IMG/VR virus record: IMGVR_UViG_3300037470_000856
Coordinates: 32,001 to 96,000 of that record
Origin: a virus
Direction: 5' to 3' (one strand)
DNA length: 64,000 nucleotides
The notes below the pieces were generated by a model, which had not been told where the DNA came from, made no database searches, and worked only from the letters and a program-made list of their open reading frames with translations. This document shows positions 27,046 to 38,500 of the stretch, one piece after another (position 1 is the stretch's first letter; every line of letters starts with the position of its first letter). Position numbers and translations under genes: made by a program.

Positions 27046-30000
27046 CAGGAGTCCTCCCCGTCAACGTACCGACGGGCCACGCGCCGAACGACGTCTCGCT
27101 CGGCGACCCTCTGCGCCACGCGCGTCACGATGTCCTGTTCGTCGGTCACGACTTCAATAGCTGCAGGGCTATCGACCGAAAACCGAGAACCCAGCTTCTT
27201 GAGGGGGCTCTTCTCGGGGCGCACGAAGAAGTCCTGGGACTTCTCGAGAACCGCGTAGGCGTGCTTGCAGACGGGTCTCCAGCGAGCCGGGTCCCTGATC
27301 TTGGGGTAGGTGGCGGTCCCGGGGGCCTCCCCTTTCTGGTAGTCGGACTTTGTGGCCCAGTGGGCGGGGCCCCACCACCGCCAGTAGGGGCACGAACATG
27401 AAACTCGGAGATTGAGCTTCGGAACATTCGAGGTGTTCCCCCGCTTGAAAGCCTGGACACGGACGACGTGGTTTCCCACGTCCCAGTGCCAGATCCAGTT
27501 CTTCGTGTCGGTGCGCGCGAGCTTGGGCGTGTACTGCCGCGACCGCTCCTTGATCTTCTTGTCGCAGCGCCTGAGGATCTCGCGGACCGTCGTCGCCACG
27601 CGTCGAAGGCCTTCCTCTGGACCGAACGCGGAGCGCACCCCGTGCCCGAAGTGCGCGTCGAGGATCTCGCGGACGAGAGCCCGCGTCGCCTGCTTGACCT
27701 CGAAATTGTTGTTATGGAGGTAGCGATCCTGCCGCCCGTCCGAAACCTGCTGCGTGTTGTTGGCGAGGTCCGTGTAGTACGACATCGGAAGAACTTTCCC
27801 CGAGCCGTCCGTCGGGTTCATCGTGTTCCGCACCTTGTCGTCCGGGTAATCGAGGCCCCCGGGGGCCGGGGGCCGAATCTCCCACTTGAGACCCGTCTGA
27901 GGGTGCCCGTCCAGGTTCGGAGCCTGGAGATCTTCGCCCTTCTGCTTGCCTGGGTCCTTGCGCGGCGTCCCGGTGTCGCGGCTCTGCCCCTTCCCGTAGT
28001 TCTGGTCGAGCTGCTCGGGGGGCTTGGTCTCCTTAACGTGCGTGTTCCAGTTCGAAGGCCAGTTGGCTCCTTCAATCTCGAGACCGAGGAGGTCGAACGC
28101 CTCGGCAAGCGCACCGAACCCCGCGTTTCTGTCTCGCATGCGATCCTTCTGCTGCTCGGGCGTGATGCCCTTGCGACGACGCTCCGCGAGCTGCTCCTCG
28201 CGCCACTCCCTGGTGCGTTCGGCCGGGAGCCGAAACCCGATCCCGCGTCGCTCGTAGCGCTTCGGGTACAGACGGTAGTACTTGTTTTTGAGTTTCTTCC
28301 GCGGCAGCCGTTTGTCGCGGAGGCGATACTTCATCCGCATCTTCCGCTTTTTCTGCGGGTGCTGCCGGTAATCCTGCTTCGACCGGAGTCGCGCGGGGCC
28401 GGCCTGGTTCTTCTGGTGCTCCTTCGGGAAGGGGCCTTGACGCTCGACCGCGACCGGATCGTGCCCCTCCTCGTCGTCGAATGCCGTCGGGCCGTCCACC
28501 CGGCGCGTCGGCATGTTGTAGTCGTACTTGGTCGGGTGCCCGTACTCGTCGCCCTTCTCGTCCAGGGTGCGGTAGGGGATGTGGCGCGGCTTGTTGTAGT
28601 AGGTTGGCCCGATCCGCTTCTCGCGGTTCTTGCTATGGTTCGAGGGCAGCGGGAGAGCCCGCTCCTTCTCTCGAGACTGAGGGAGCTGCACGGGCCACGC
28701 GGAGTCGAGATTCGACTGCCCCCGGTCCGGGCTCGTGTTCTCCGTGTCGGCCGGGGTGATGCCAAGCTGCGACTTCTGGTCGACGACCGTCTTGTAGCCC
28801 GGAGTGTCCTGCCAGCGCGGGCGGTAGGCAAGGATGCCGGCCGCGGCTCGCAGCTCCCGGAGGCCCGCGGTCCTGGAGGCAAACATGAACGGCTTGCCGC
28901 TTTGAGGCTCGCCCTTTCCGTCATCCTTCCCCTTCCCCTTCGGGCCCGACGTCGCGGGGACCTTGGGAGGCGCCTTCTTCTTTCGCTTCGGGAACTTGCG
29001 GTCGTCCTTGAGGCGCATGGCCTTGGACTTCGACATCTTGTCGTCGTCGAACTCGATGAATTTGAGCGTGGTGAGATCACCGTTGTCGGGATGGAGCGCG
29101 TCGACGAACAGACGTCCTCCGGTGCCCACCCGGTCGACACGGCCGACGTACCAGCGGCCGTCGTGCTCGTACCCGAACATATCGCCCTTCTTGAGTCCCT
29201 CGACGCTCGACAGCGCCTCCCCCTCGAAACTCTCGGGCTTCTTCTTGGGGGCCTTCTCCTTGGTGACCCGGGGCTGCCCCTGAGAGGGGAAAAGCTGCTT
29301 CTTGTGCTCCTCCCACTCCTCCTTATCGTGCGCCTCCCACTCCTCCTTGGTCTTGATGACCGCGGGGATCTTCCCCCACCCGGAGATCTCGGCGTTCTTG
29401 TAGGTGGAGTTGCCGTCGCGGACCGTGTACGTGCCGTCGCCGTTGTCGATCAGGCTGATCGGCTTGCGCTTGCCGTACTTCCCCTTCGCCGCCATGGCGA
29501 GCAACTCGTTGCCGTTGAGGACGCCCTTGAGGCGCACCTTGGCCGGCTGGATCTTGCTCATGTCCACGAGCTCGGACTTCTTGTCGTCGCGGAAGTACTT
29601 CTCCGGGTCCTCCTTGAGTTTCGATAACCCTTCGTACAGGGCCTTCTCGTTCTCCTTGGCGGGGTCGGGAGGGGCGTGCTTCACCTTGTGCACGTCCATC
29701 TGACCGAGGTTGTAGTCGCGGAACTCCTCGAAACCGTGCTCCTTGAGTTCGCCGGTCTTGGGATCAATGTCGATCGTGAAGAACTCGTGGCCGCGGGAGT
29801 CGATCACCCGACCGTGGTGGACGGCACCCTTGTGGTGGTACGAGACGACGTCGCCGACCTTGACGTCCTTCGGGTTCTTGAGCGGCTCGCCCGTCTTGCC
29901 CATCTCCTCGACGGCGGCCTTGCGCTTCTTCTCGGCCTCCTCGCGTTCCTTCTTCTCCTTCTCGCGCTTCGCCTTCTCCTCGGGCGAGAGCTCCTTCACC

Positions 30001-30713
30001 TTCGGCTTGCCCGACGAAGGAGCGTCCTCCTCGTCGGGGTCGAAGTTTCCCCACAGGTCCTCGTCGACCAGGAGAGCCTCGCGGTCCTTCACCTTCTTCT
30101 TGTCGAAGGACCACTCCGTCTTGTCCGTGACCTTGCCGGTCCTGGAATCGACCTCCTGAATCCAGAACCTCGAGTCATCCTCCGACACTCGCGTGACGCG
30201 GCCCATCCGGTCGTTGCCTTTGACCCTGTAGGCGACGACGTCGCCCGCGAAGATGTCGTCGAGCGAGAGCTCAGGCCACGTCTTCTTGTTCTTGAACGGG
30301 TCGGAGACCCTCGAGGGCTGAATCGTCCGCACGTCGAACGACTCGACGGCCACCTGCGGGATCGAGAGGGGCGCCTCCTTCATCGGCTTGCCAGTCTTGA
30401 GGTCGAGTCTTTGCGCGACGACGTTGCCGTCGGACGCCGACGTGACGAGAGCGTGGATCGTCAAGTTGGGTGCCTGGATGGAGAGCACGTCGCCCTCGCG
30501 GACGTCCTTGATGTTCTCAACCTTCTTGCCCTCCTTGGGCCCCGGCTCTACGAGGGACTGATACTGCTTCCACTGCTCGTAGATGCGGTGCTGCTCATCC
30601 ATCGGCAGCGACGTGTAGAGCACCAGGTTGCCGGTTTCGGGGTGCTTGAACTTGCGCCCCTCGACGGCCTTGCCGAACTCCGACAGAGCTGTCCTGATGC
30701 CGAAGTCGGGCAT
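27045..30713 (-). CDS. Large modular protein: KHPETGN module, SH3/KOW-like repeats, ParB/Srx-like domain, C-terminal SWIM zinc finger
   Basis: RKPISLIDNGDGTYTVRDGNST (ParB-like), VSCSCPYW...VCKH (SWIM), repeated GD.v.y...grV units. Confidence 0.6.
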   Translation of the reverse strand: MPDFGIRTALSEFGKAVEGRKFKHPETGNLVLYTSLPMDEQHRIYEQWKQYQSLVEPGPKEGKKVENIKDVREGDVLSIQAPNLTIHALVTSASDGNVVAQRLDLKTGKPMKEAPLSIPQVAVESFDVRTIQPSRVSDPFKNKKTWPELSLDDIFAGDVVAYRVKGNDRMGRVTRVSEDDSRFWIQEVDSRTGKVTDKTEWSFDKKKVKDREALLVDEDLWGNFDPDEEDAPSSGKPKVKELSPEEKAKREKEKKEREEAEKKRKAAVEEMGKTGEPLKNPKDVKVGDVVSYHHKGAVHHGRVIDSRGHEFFTIDIDPKTGELKEHGFEEFRDYNLGQMDVHKVKHAPPDPAKENEKALYEGLSKLKEDPEKYFRDDKKSELVDMSKIQPAKVRLKGVLNGNELLAMAAKGKYGKRKPISLIDNGDGTYTVRDGNSTYKNAEISGWGKIPAVIKTKEEWEAHDKEEWEEHKKQLFPSQGQPRVTKEKAPKKKPESFEGEALSSVEGLKKGDMFGYEHDGRWYVGRVDRVGTGGRLFVDALHPDNGDLTTLKFIEFDDDKMSKSKAMRLKDDRKFPKRKKKAPPKVPATSGPKGKGKDDGKGEPQSGKPFMFASRTAGLRELRAAAGILAYRPRWQDTPGYKTVVDQKSQLGITPADTENTSPDRGQSNLDSAWPVQLPQSREKERALPLPSNHSKNREKRIGPTYYNKPRHIPYRTLDEKGDEYGHPTKYDYNMPTRRVDGPTAFDDEEGHDPVAVERQGPFPKEHQKNQAGPARLRSKQDYRQHPQKKRKMRMKYRLRDKRLPRKKLKNKYYRLYPKRYERRGIGFRLPAERTREWREEQLAERRRKGITPEQQKDRMRDRNAGFGALAEAFDLLGLEIEGANWPSNWNTHVKETKPPEQLDQNYGKGQSRDTGTPRKDPGKQKGEDLQAPNLDGHPQTGLKWEIRPPAPGGLDYPDDKVRNTMNPTDGSGKVLPMSYYTDLANNTQQVSDGRQDRYLHNNNFEVKQATRALVREILDAHFGHGVRSAFGPEEGLRRVATTVREILRRCDKKIKERSRQYTPKLARTDTKNWIWHWDVGNHVVRVQAFKRGNTSNVPKLNLRVSCSCPYWRWWGPAHWATKSDYQKGEAPGTATYPKIRDPARWRPVCKHAYAVLEKSQDFFVRPEKSPLKKLGSRFSVDSPAAIEVVTDEQDIVTRVAQRVAERDVVRRVARRYVDGEDS

Positions 30714-30716
30714 CGG

Positions 30717-31133
30717 CTAACTCCCCTCGGCGTGCCGCTCCGCCACTTGTCGCGCGATGTAGCGCTCGAGGACGCGCTCAGCCGACGTGCGTGGCATCGG
30801 GGCTCCGAAGGCCGGCGTTCCTTCGACCGTCTGCTCGACCGTGTTACGACGCGAGATGGGGAGCCGATCCTTGAGATGGTCCTTGCCCATGAGTGAGAGC
30901 GCGTAGCCGGTCTCGTCGAGCTGCTCCTCGAGTCGCCCCACGCAGCGCGGAAGATCCACGATGAGATCTCCGGCCACCTGGTACAGGTGCTCGCGCTGGG
31001 GGCTCGACTCAACGAGCGCGAGCACCTTGTTGAGAAGCTGGTGCAGCCGGTGGGCATCCACTCGCGCGGAGTTCACGCCCCCGGTGATCAGGGCCCAACC
31101 CGCCTGGCTGCCAGCTTTTCGTGAAAAGGACAT
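30717..31133 (-). CDS. Hypothetical helical protein
   Basis: 138 aa; preceded by a late-promoter-like motif; C-terminal ERVLERYIARQVAERH. Confidence 0.6.
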   Translation of the reverse strand: MSFSRKAGSQAGWALITGGVNSARVDAHRLHQLLNKVLALVESSPQREHLYQVAGDLIVDLPRCVGRLEEQLDETGYALSLMGKDHLKDRLPISRRNTVEQTVEGTPAFGAPMPRTSAERVLERYIARQVAERHAEGS

Positions 31134-31176
31134 GGACCGCCTTCACAGGAGGGTGGTCCATCGACGGAAAACCGAA

Positions 31177-32796
31177 CTAGTCGGCCTTCTGTGCCCTCTG
31201 TGCCCTCTCAAGCAGGCTCGCGAGCCCCTTCTTGATCTCCTCGCGGGTAAACGCGGTCTCCACGGCGAGGATGCCCTTCACGAACAGCGGGTTCTTGACG
31301 TGCTTGAGGGCCTCGGCGACGCGCTCCTTCATCGGACGGTCCTTGTTCCACTCGAAGTCGGGGACGAACATCCTGACCGCCGCGTAGGCCGGGTCCTCCT
31401 CGGGACGCCGGTGAACCTCGGGAGCAGGCGTGGCCGCGTCGGGCAGCAGCTCCTCGAGCGTGTCTCCCGTGCGGGCCTCCTGCACGTCGCCCGTCGCCAC
31501 GACCTTCGCCTTCCCAGGGCCCTCGGAGGCGTCCCCCTGGTCGGACTCGACCTCGTACCTCTCCACCTTGGGCCTGCGCCCCTTCGCCGTGCGCTGGATC
31601 GCGTCGGGAGATGTGTTGCGTGCGTCGGCGGTGAAGGTCTGGTGGGTGGGGGACAGAATGCGGCCGACGGCGACTCCCTGGTCCGTCTCGGGCGCGCGGG
31701 CCATCTGCTTGCGAGGGCCCACCTGCGCCGTGTCTGCCATCCGGATCATCTCGTTGCCGCTGCTCGTCACGGCCGCGGACTCATTGAGTTTGATGGCCGG
31801 CGTGTTGCTCGAGAGGGCGATGGCGCCCATGTCGCGCTGCTCGTCGTGGATGATGGCCCCCACGCCTCCGAACCTCGGTCGCGGAGCGGGGCTCTTGTTC
31901 TCGGGCTTGGCCTGCGCGACGTCGAGGGCGAACTCTCGCTCGCGCTCGACCACCGCCTTGTTCTGGTCGGAGACCCTGCCGACCACGTCGCCCGCATTCT
32001 CCATCGCGTCCTCGCGCACGATGGGCATCGAGGGACGCGCGTCCTGGTTCTCGACGGGCATCGACATGCGCAGGTTCGCGGACGCCCCTGTCCTCATCTG
32101 CGAGACGGGATGCATGGCCGCGCGCGTGCGCGGGGCGGATCGACGGGGAGCCCGAGCCGGAGCGTCATCGTCCTCGACCGAGTTGAGCATGGCGAGGATG
32201 TCCGCCTCGGCCTGCGCTCGGACGGCGTCCTCGGGATCCTCGTCCTCGGGATTCTCGTCCTCGTCGCGGGACTGCTCGTAGGTCCACATCTGCGAGTCGA
32301 GCACGTCGGCGAGGTTGTCAATCTCCTCGTCGCCGCTGCTCCACAGGGGCGCTATCGCGACCTGTGCCTCGCGCGACTGCAATGGCACCTTGCGCGTCGC
32401 CTCGGCGTTGGTTTCCTCGCGCCTGCGCCTCCGGTCCTCCACAGACATGATGGCTCGCTCCTCCGCGCGAGTCGTCTCGATAGTGGTCTTGACGGGGCGC
32501 TCGGTGCCGCGGTGCTCCGTCGCACGGACCTGGATGCCCGCGGCCTTGGGCCGGTAGGCCGTCACCTCGGACCCCACCTGGGAGATCCAGCCCTCTCGAA
32601 TCGCGCTGCGTAGCTGCGGCGCGTCCGAAAACTCCCGGCCGTCCCTGAGGATGACCGTGCTGCCGTCGTACTTGAACGTCTCGCCAAGCGCCGGACTGTA
32701 GCCACCCGTCTGCGTGTCGATGAACCCGAAGGAGACACCCTCCCGGACCAACTTGTAGGTTCGGAACTCGTTGACTTGAAAGTTGATCTCCGACAT
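31177..32796 (-). CDS. Hypothetical protein
   Basis: 539 aa ORF with phage-like codon usage. Confidence 0.65.
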   Translation of the reverse strand: MSEINFQVNEFRTYKLVREGVSFGFIDTQTGGYSPALGETFKYDGSTVILRDGREFSDAPQLRSAIREGWISQVGSEVTAYRPKAAGIQVRATEHRGTERPVKTTIETTRAEERAIMSVEDRRRRREETNAEATRKVPLQSREAQVAIAPLWSSGDEEIDNLADVLDSQMWTYEQSRDEDENPEDEDPEDAVRAQAEADILAMLNSVEDDDAPARAPRRSAPRTRAAMHPVSQMRTGASANLRMSMPVENQDARPSMPIVREDAMENAGDVVGRVSDQNKAVVEREREFALDVAQAKPENKSPAPRPRFGGVGAIIHDEQRDMGAIALSSNTPAIKLNESAAVTSSGNEMIRMADTAQVGPRKQMARAPETDQGVAVGRILSPTHQTFTADARNTSPDAIQRTAKGRRPKVERYEVESDQGDASEGPGKAKVVATGDVQEARTGDTLEELLPDAATPAPEVHRRPEEDPAYAAVRMFVPDFEWNKDRPMKERVAEALKHVKNPLFVKGILAVETAFTREEIKKGLASLLERAQRAQKAD

Positions 32797-32859
32797 GAGC
32801 CTCGTCCCGGTTCGTGAAAACCAGTGTGAGACACCCTACCGGTCTACGGAGGCCCGGGT

Positions 32860-33153
32860 TCAGTGGACGGGCTCCTTAGCCTTTCGATAGGCGATCGGAG
32901 GCGCCGCCGCGTCCTGGGAGGCGTCCGAGAACGTCACCACGGCGTCGCCGATCTTGCTCCTGATGCCCTCCAGGAAGTCGCGCCGGACGCGAACTCGAGC
33001 AACCACGGTCGCCTCGTTCTCGGCCGCGGAGTAGACCATGAAGTCGAGGAAGCAGTCGGGGCCTGCCTCCTCGACGACTCGGAAAGCGTTGGCGAAGACG
33101 CCGAACTTGACCGCTTCGTCGACGTTGACGTCGATGTGCTCTGGATTAGGCAT
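32860..33153 (-). CDS. Small DUF3467-like protein
   Basis: GVFANAFRV...FLDF...VVARVRV pattern. Confidence 0.5.
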   Translation of the reverse strand: MPNPEHIDVNVDEAVKFGVFANAFRVVEEAGPDCFLDFMVYSAAENEATVVARVRVRRDFLEGIRSKIGDAVVTFSDASQDAAAPPIAYRKAKEPVH

Positions 33154-33511
33154 CAGAAAACTCGGTCTCGCTTGGCACTGTACCCTCGGGCTCCACGTCG
33201 AGGTCGCCCGCGTTCCAGCCCAGCTCTCGAAGGCGCTGGACCATCCTGCGGGGGACCTGGAACACGAAGGTCAGGTGCCCGTTGATGAAAAAGGTCTGGG
33301 GTGAGTAAGAGGCATCGGGGCACTCCTCGAAGATGTGCGCGAGCGTGTCGAACTGCTCGGCGACTCGCTCCATCTCGGACGCGATCGCGGCCATCCCCGA
33401 CGGCACGTCCTCCTCGTCTCCGATGACGTGGTCGAACCGCGGGACGGTCAGATGGCAGGTGACCTTCTCTCGAGGGACGGGCAGCCGCAGTACTTTCGAC
33501 TCGGATCCCAT
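33146..33511 (-). CDS. Hypothetical protein (start MGSESK)
   Basis: ATG at 33511 just after the upstream stop. Confidence 0.5.
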   Translation of the reverse strand: MGSESKVLRLPVPREKVTCHLTVPRFDHVIGDEEDVPSGMAAIASEMERVAEQFDTLAHIFEECPDASYSPQTFFINGHLTFVFQVPRRMVQRLRELGWNAGDLDVEPEGTVPSETEFSDA

Positions 33512-33515
33512 GTGC

Positions 33516-34103
33516 CTAAACCTCGGCAGATATAGGGTCGATACCGTTGGCGGCGAGGAAAGCGTGCAGCTCCGGCGCATTTCGGAACCACTCTCCCTCC
33601 ATGCGCAGATGGGCGAAGCGCGCGTGTAATGCAGCTTCCGTCTCTCGCGTCCCCGGAACGGCTCCGAGCACCACGAGCCGTCGCGCGTTGGCCGTCTGGA
33701 GCGACGCGCGTCGTTGAGGGATCTTCTGGCTCCACCCGATCTTGATCGAGCCGCCCTCCCCCGCCTGGATGAAGTAGACGAGTCCCTCGCGCTCGTTCAC
33801 CGGCACGTAGTGCGCGTCGTACCTCACCGGCGTCGCGTCGACGCGTCCGTGCACCTCGAGCGACTGCCAGAGACCCGTGGACAACACGCCGTACAGGGGA
33901 CGCTCCTCGTCGGGGCCGTAGGCGTAACGCACGCCCCGCTCGTCGGTCTCGGAGAGGCACACGTAGTCGAGCCGGATCACGCGAGAGCGATCGCGCGTGT
34001 CCAGCACTCGGGCTCGGTGCGTGGGGGTGAAGGACTCCGGCGATCCGGGGTAGCAGTCCTCGACGTCCGCGCGCGTCACGATGGGGCGACGAGCCACGCT
34101 CAC
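33516..34103 (-). CDS. T5orf172/MUG113 (GIY-YIG-like) domain protein
   Basis: LVYFIQ...IKIGWS...R...LQTAN...E..LH..F...R..GEWF. Confidence 0.8.
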   Translation of the reverse strand: MSVARRPIVTRADVEDCYPGSPESFTPTHRARVLDTRDRSRVIRLDYVCLSETDERGVRYAYGPDEERPLYGVLSTGLWQSLEVHGRVDATPVRYDAHYVPVNEREGLVYFIQAGEGGSIKIGWSQKIPQRRASLQTANARRLVVLGAVPGTRETEAALHARFAHLRMEGEWFRNAPELHAFLAANGIDPISAEV

Positions 34104-34129
34104 CTCTACCCGCGCGCGCGGAGATCAGA

Positions 34130-34762
34130 CTACGGGGCCACGCTGTCGAGCATCCAGATCTCGATGGCCTTCTCGACCGCGTACTCGCGGGGCATGAGGC
34201 CGAGCTCGTAGCTCTCGTACAGGCTCTCCGCGCGCGGGCGCATGCGGTCCCTGATGCGGTCCTCGGGCACGCCGAAGGTGCGGGCGACGCGGAAGCTCTC
34301 GCGGTACGCCTGGACCTCGAGCGCCCACCGGCCCTCCGCGGTGATGTACATGAGCCCCATCAGCAGCTCGCCGTGCTCGTCGTACTCGCGGACGTGCACG
34401 AGCTCGTGCCAGAGGATCTCCGCCTGCACGTCCTCGGACTTCTCGTCCCAGTCCACGGAGACGTAGATCTTCGTGGGGAAGGTCGTCGTGAACTTCTGCC
34501 ACTGCTCGATGCCCGACGCCTTCGGCAGGATCTCGATGCCGTGATCCTCGATCTCCTGCATCGCGACGAGCCACGCCTCGTGCGGGTCCGAGGGGATGGC
34601 GCCCTCGGGAGCCATCTCCGAGGTGCGCATCGCCAGCTTCTCGTAGTAGGTGTCGGACGGAACTCCGTCCGCATACTGCGGAGGCGCGTGCACGCGGACG
34701 GACGTTCCGGGGCAGCCGGAGAGGAGCAGGCAGGCGGCGAGAGAGGCGAGTAGCTTCCTCAT
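34130..34762 (-). CDS. Lipoprotein with HExxH zinc-metallopeptidase-like motif
   Basis: [17 protein letters not shown] lipobox; [10 protein letters not shown]...LEVQAY. Confidence 0.7.
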   Translation of the reverse strand: MRKLLASLAACLLLSGCPGTSVRVHAPPQYADGVPSDTYYEKLAMRTSEMAPEGAIPSDPHEAWLVAMQEIEDHGIEILPKASGIEQWQKFTTTFPTKIYVSVDWDEKSEDVQAEILWHELVHVREYDEHGELLMGLMYITAEGRWALEVQAYRESFRVARTFGVPEDRIRDRMRPRAESLYESYELGLMPREYAVEKAIEIWMLDSVAP

Positions 34763-34798
34763 GGTCGAACCACGGGCGGGTATAGAGAGAACAGCGCT

Positions 34799-35152
34799 AT
34801 GTGGTGGGTCTATGTCATCCAGAGCGAGCAGCCGAGATTCACGAAGCGAGGATCGGCGCCCGGGTTCTTCTACGTCGGGTCGACCACCAACCCGGCGCGA
34901 CGCCTGAGGCAGCACAACGGCGAGATCAAGGGCGGAGGTCGCTACACGGCCAAGCACCGACCGTGGGTTCCACGAGCCCTCTACGGCCCCTACGCGGACC
35001 GGAGCGAGGCGTTCAAGGCCGAGATCGCGCTCAAACGAGGCAAGCGGGGAGCGGGTCGCGCGAGATGGTCGTCGAGCGACCACACGCTGTGTCGGGGCGA
35101 CGGGCCCGACCATCCGTGGGTGAAGGACGCTAGCTGGAACCCCGACGCCTAG
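34799..35152 (+). CDS. GIY-YIG endonuclease (SLX1/UPF0213-like)
   Basis: WVYVIQS...[17 protein letters not shown]...GGRYT...RPW...AEIALK. The only clear plus-strand gene in the window. Confidence 0.85.
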   Translation: MWWVYVIQSEQPRFTKRGSAPGFFYVGSTTNPARRLRQHNGEIKGGGRYTAKHRPWVPRALYGPYADRSEAFKAEIALKRGKRGAGRARWSSSDHTLCRGDGPDHPWVKDASWNPDA

Positions 35153-35541
35153 ACGACCGAGCGTACGTGCTTGATCTTCACGAGGGGGTAGGCTCGCCCT
35201 CGGACAGGCTCGTAGACGACGCCCTCGGACTGTCCTCGATCGACGAGCATCTCTCGACCGTCGGGCGACGCGAGCTCGACGCTGCGGTCGGCCGGGTCGT
35301 AGTCGAACATGACGGCTCGCGTGACGTCCTCGGAGGGACGCCCCCCTCCGGTCTCAAACGAGATGCGCACCGTGTCTCCGGCCTTGAGACCGGTGAGCAG
35401 CACCTCCTGCGACTCGCGGTCGACCGCGAAGTCGCGGATGGGCTTCATGCGCCGCATGGCTCCGAGCAGCTCCTCTCGGAACTCCTCGTTGTCCTTGGCG
35501 AGGCGCAGGATGCTCTTGGTGGTGGGGTCCTTGATGGGCAC
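35149..35541 (-). CDS. Hypothetical protein with N-terminal [16 protein letters not shown] motif
   Basis: GTG 35541 with AAGGAG RBS. Confidence 0.6.
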   Translation of the reverse strand: MPIKDPTTKSILRLAKDNEEFREELLGAMRRMKPIRDFAVDRESQEVLLTGLKAGDTVRISFETGGGRPSEDVTRAVMFDYDPADRSVELASPDGREMLVDRGQSEGVVYEPVRGRAYPLVKIKHVRSVV

Positions 35542-35554
35542 GGTAGTCTCCTTG

Positions 35555-38500
35555 TCATCTGGCCGCGTCGAGCAGCGCCTTGCGAAGTTGGGGTCTGGCA
35601 AGCGCGAGGCGCAGCACCCGGGCCGCGGTCTTCTTGGCCTGGATCTTCTCCGCGTACCTCTCGCGCTGCTTCTTGAGGCTCTCTCGACGAGCCAGCAGCG
35701 TCTTGTAGAGCTTGTCCTTCTCGGCGCCCTTCGGGCCCCACTGGTCCACGAGCTTCTTGATCTTGCTCTCGGGGATCTCGAGCACGCGGTCGATGCTGTC
35801 CACGATCTGCTGCGGGGTCGCGTGGTGGAAGACGCTCCCGGACTTGCGGTCGGGATCGGTGAAGGTGTCGAGCTCCGTGACCTCGTCTCCGAACGCGTCG
35901 CCCTTCGGCGCTCCCATCGCGCGGTAGCGGAGGGCGCCCCCGGTGTCCACGCGACGGCCTCGTCCCTCCTCGTCCACGAGCAGGTTGTCGTAGTCGAGAC
36001 CGACCACGTCCCAGTTGCCGAGCCACGCGTCCACGGCGATGCCCTCGAGGACTCCGGGCACGTTGCCCTTGCGGAGGGCGCTCGAGTTCTGCTTGAGCCC
36101 CGGGATGATCTTGCTCGCCACGCTGAACTGGCCGTCGCGCGTGGCCGGAGAGAGATCGGGGACGCCGATGCCGGCGAGCTCGTACAGCTTGCCGGCGAGG
36201 ATCTCGTTGCGGGCACGGTCCTCGGACTTCGGCGTCTTCACGTAGTAGCGGTCGCCGTTCTCGGCCTGGTACAGGCCCCCCGGGTTGCTGCCCGTCTGCG
36301 GCCCCACCTGCTTGAACTCGTCCGAGTCGATGTCGAGCACCTCCTGGGACTTCGGAGCCTCGGTCTTCGCGCCGCCTCCAGTCTCGTCGACCTTGGCCTG
36401 GGTCTTGAGGTCCGAGAGGGCCTTCTGCACCGCCTCCACAAGCTCGGGCTGATCCTCGTACACCTCCCACGCCACTTCCTGGATGTCCGCAACGTCGGAG
36501 CCCGAGAGAGGGGCCCCTTTCTGGACCTTGTCGAGAAGCTCGTGCCAGCCGGACTGCGCCTCCTCGTCCCCCTTGTTCATGTCGAGTTTCACGTCGAGCA
36601 CGTCCACGAGGGTGGACTGCGGGGACTTGGGTTTCGGCTTGGGAGGCACGACCTTGAACCCCTTCCCCCAGTTCCACTCGGCACCCGCGGTGTCCTTGAT
36701 GACCCACTTGCCATCGTCTTCGTCTTGGTACACGTCCGCGACCTCGATCTCGTGTCCCTCGAGGTCGGGGTCCGGCACGACGAGGGTGACGCCGGGCTTC
36801 ACCTTCGGGGGAGGCGGACGATGCCAGTCGTCGGCGCGCTCGACCTTGCGTTCCTTCATCTTCTCCGCGTCGAACGACACGGGCTTGAAGCGGACCTGCT
36901 TGCCCGTCTTGGGGTTGTAGACGAGCGCCTTGAAGTCGTCCTCGTCGGCCGAGACGACCTCCCCGATCATCTCCTTGCCCTTGAACGTGTAGCGAATCTT
37001 GTCGCCGATCTTGAGGTCGGATGGCTTGGTGAGATCAGCCGGCTTCTCAGGCTTCTTCGCCTTCGACTCCGTCTCGTCGGGACCCTTGCTCACGGAGCCG
37101 GGGGCCTCCTGCTGGGCCGTCTCCTGCTGGTACTCGGCGTAGACCTTGGCGGCGAACGCCTTGTCCTTCATGGCCGTCGAGGCCGCGACCTCTGGATACT
37201 TGTCCTTGGTCTTCGGGTTTGGGTTTGGGACCTTCTTCTTGCCGCCCTCGTAGCGCTTGCCGAACCACTCGTCGAAGTCGGCGCCTCCCGACGGCTGCTT
37301 CGGGCTCTCCTGCTGAGCTGGAGACGTGGAGGGGGCGTCGAAGATCGAGACCGCCACGCGCTCGGAGGGCGAGTCGAAGATGGTCGTGGCGCGCTTCGGG
37401 ATCTTCCTGATCTGGGCGAACAGTTCGCGCCGGAACCCAACGTTGACGGAGGCGAAACGCAGGATGCGGACGGCCGCGACGCGGGGCGCCTGCTCCTCGA
37501 TGAGCCAATCCTGTGCGTGGCAGTGCTGTGGCCACCATGTGTCCTTGACCGGCGAGCGCAGCCAGTCATCATCCTCGGGCTCGAACTCGATGACGAGTAC
37601 GTCGTCGTCGAAGACCTCGCCGAACAGCGGGCGCCGCTCGTACGAGGCGAGTTTCATCTTCTCCGAGCTGAAGTCGGACATGGAGTGGGGCATGACCTTG
37701 CCCTCCATGCCGTCCTGGCCGGCCACGACGTACTCATTCTCCGAGTACGGCGGCTTGGCCGAGGAGAGGCTCGCGTAGGTCACCGGAGAGACGAACAGGC
37801 GTGAGACGGGCACCTTGTACCTGACGACGCGCTTTTCTGCGCCCGCGAAGTTGTAGGCCACCTGCGGGTCGATCGAGAAGGACGCGAGTTCCCGCGCCGT
37901 GGTCGTCGTGATCTTCTTGCCCTGCGCGGCACCCTGGACCGGCTTGGTCTTGGTGCCGCGGTAGAGGGTGACGTGGTCGACGCCGAGTGCGTCGTAGACG
38001 AGCTGACTGTACGCCATGGCCTTGGAGATGGCGCGGTGCAGGGCCTCGTTCTTGCGCCCCTCCTCGCGATGGTGCTGGACGTTGGCCGCCTCGAAGTACT
38101 TGGGGCCGCCCTCGACACCGAGGTTCTCAAGGCCACCCATGAGTTTGTGGGCCGTTGTTGCACCGCTCGATCCCTGCCAGGAGGAGAGGGCGCCCTGCCA
38201 CGCCTCCCACTCGTCGTCGGTGAGGAGTTTCTTGAACTCGTCCGCGGCGATGTGCCCGGACTGCGCGAGTTTACGTTCGCCCTCGGTCATGTCGTTCCAC
38301 TGGGTCGCGTTCCCGTGCCAGTAACTCTTGCCCGACGACATGTCTTTCACAATGTCCTTGACCTTGTCGCCGATCAGCTCCTTATACTGCTCGAAGAAAC
38401 GGTCAGCGTCACGAGCGATGGAACTGCCGTGGGCCCACGACGAGGGCGGCGAGAGATGCTGGAGCGCGCCCGTGTGGGTCTCCTCCTTGCCCGCCATCGC

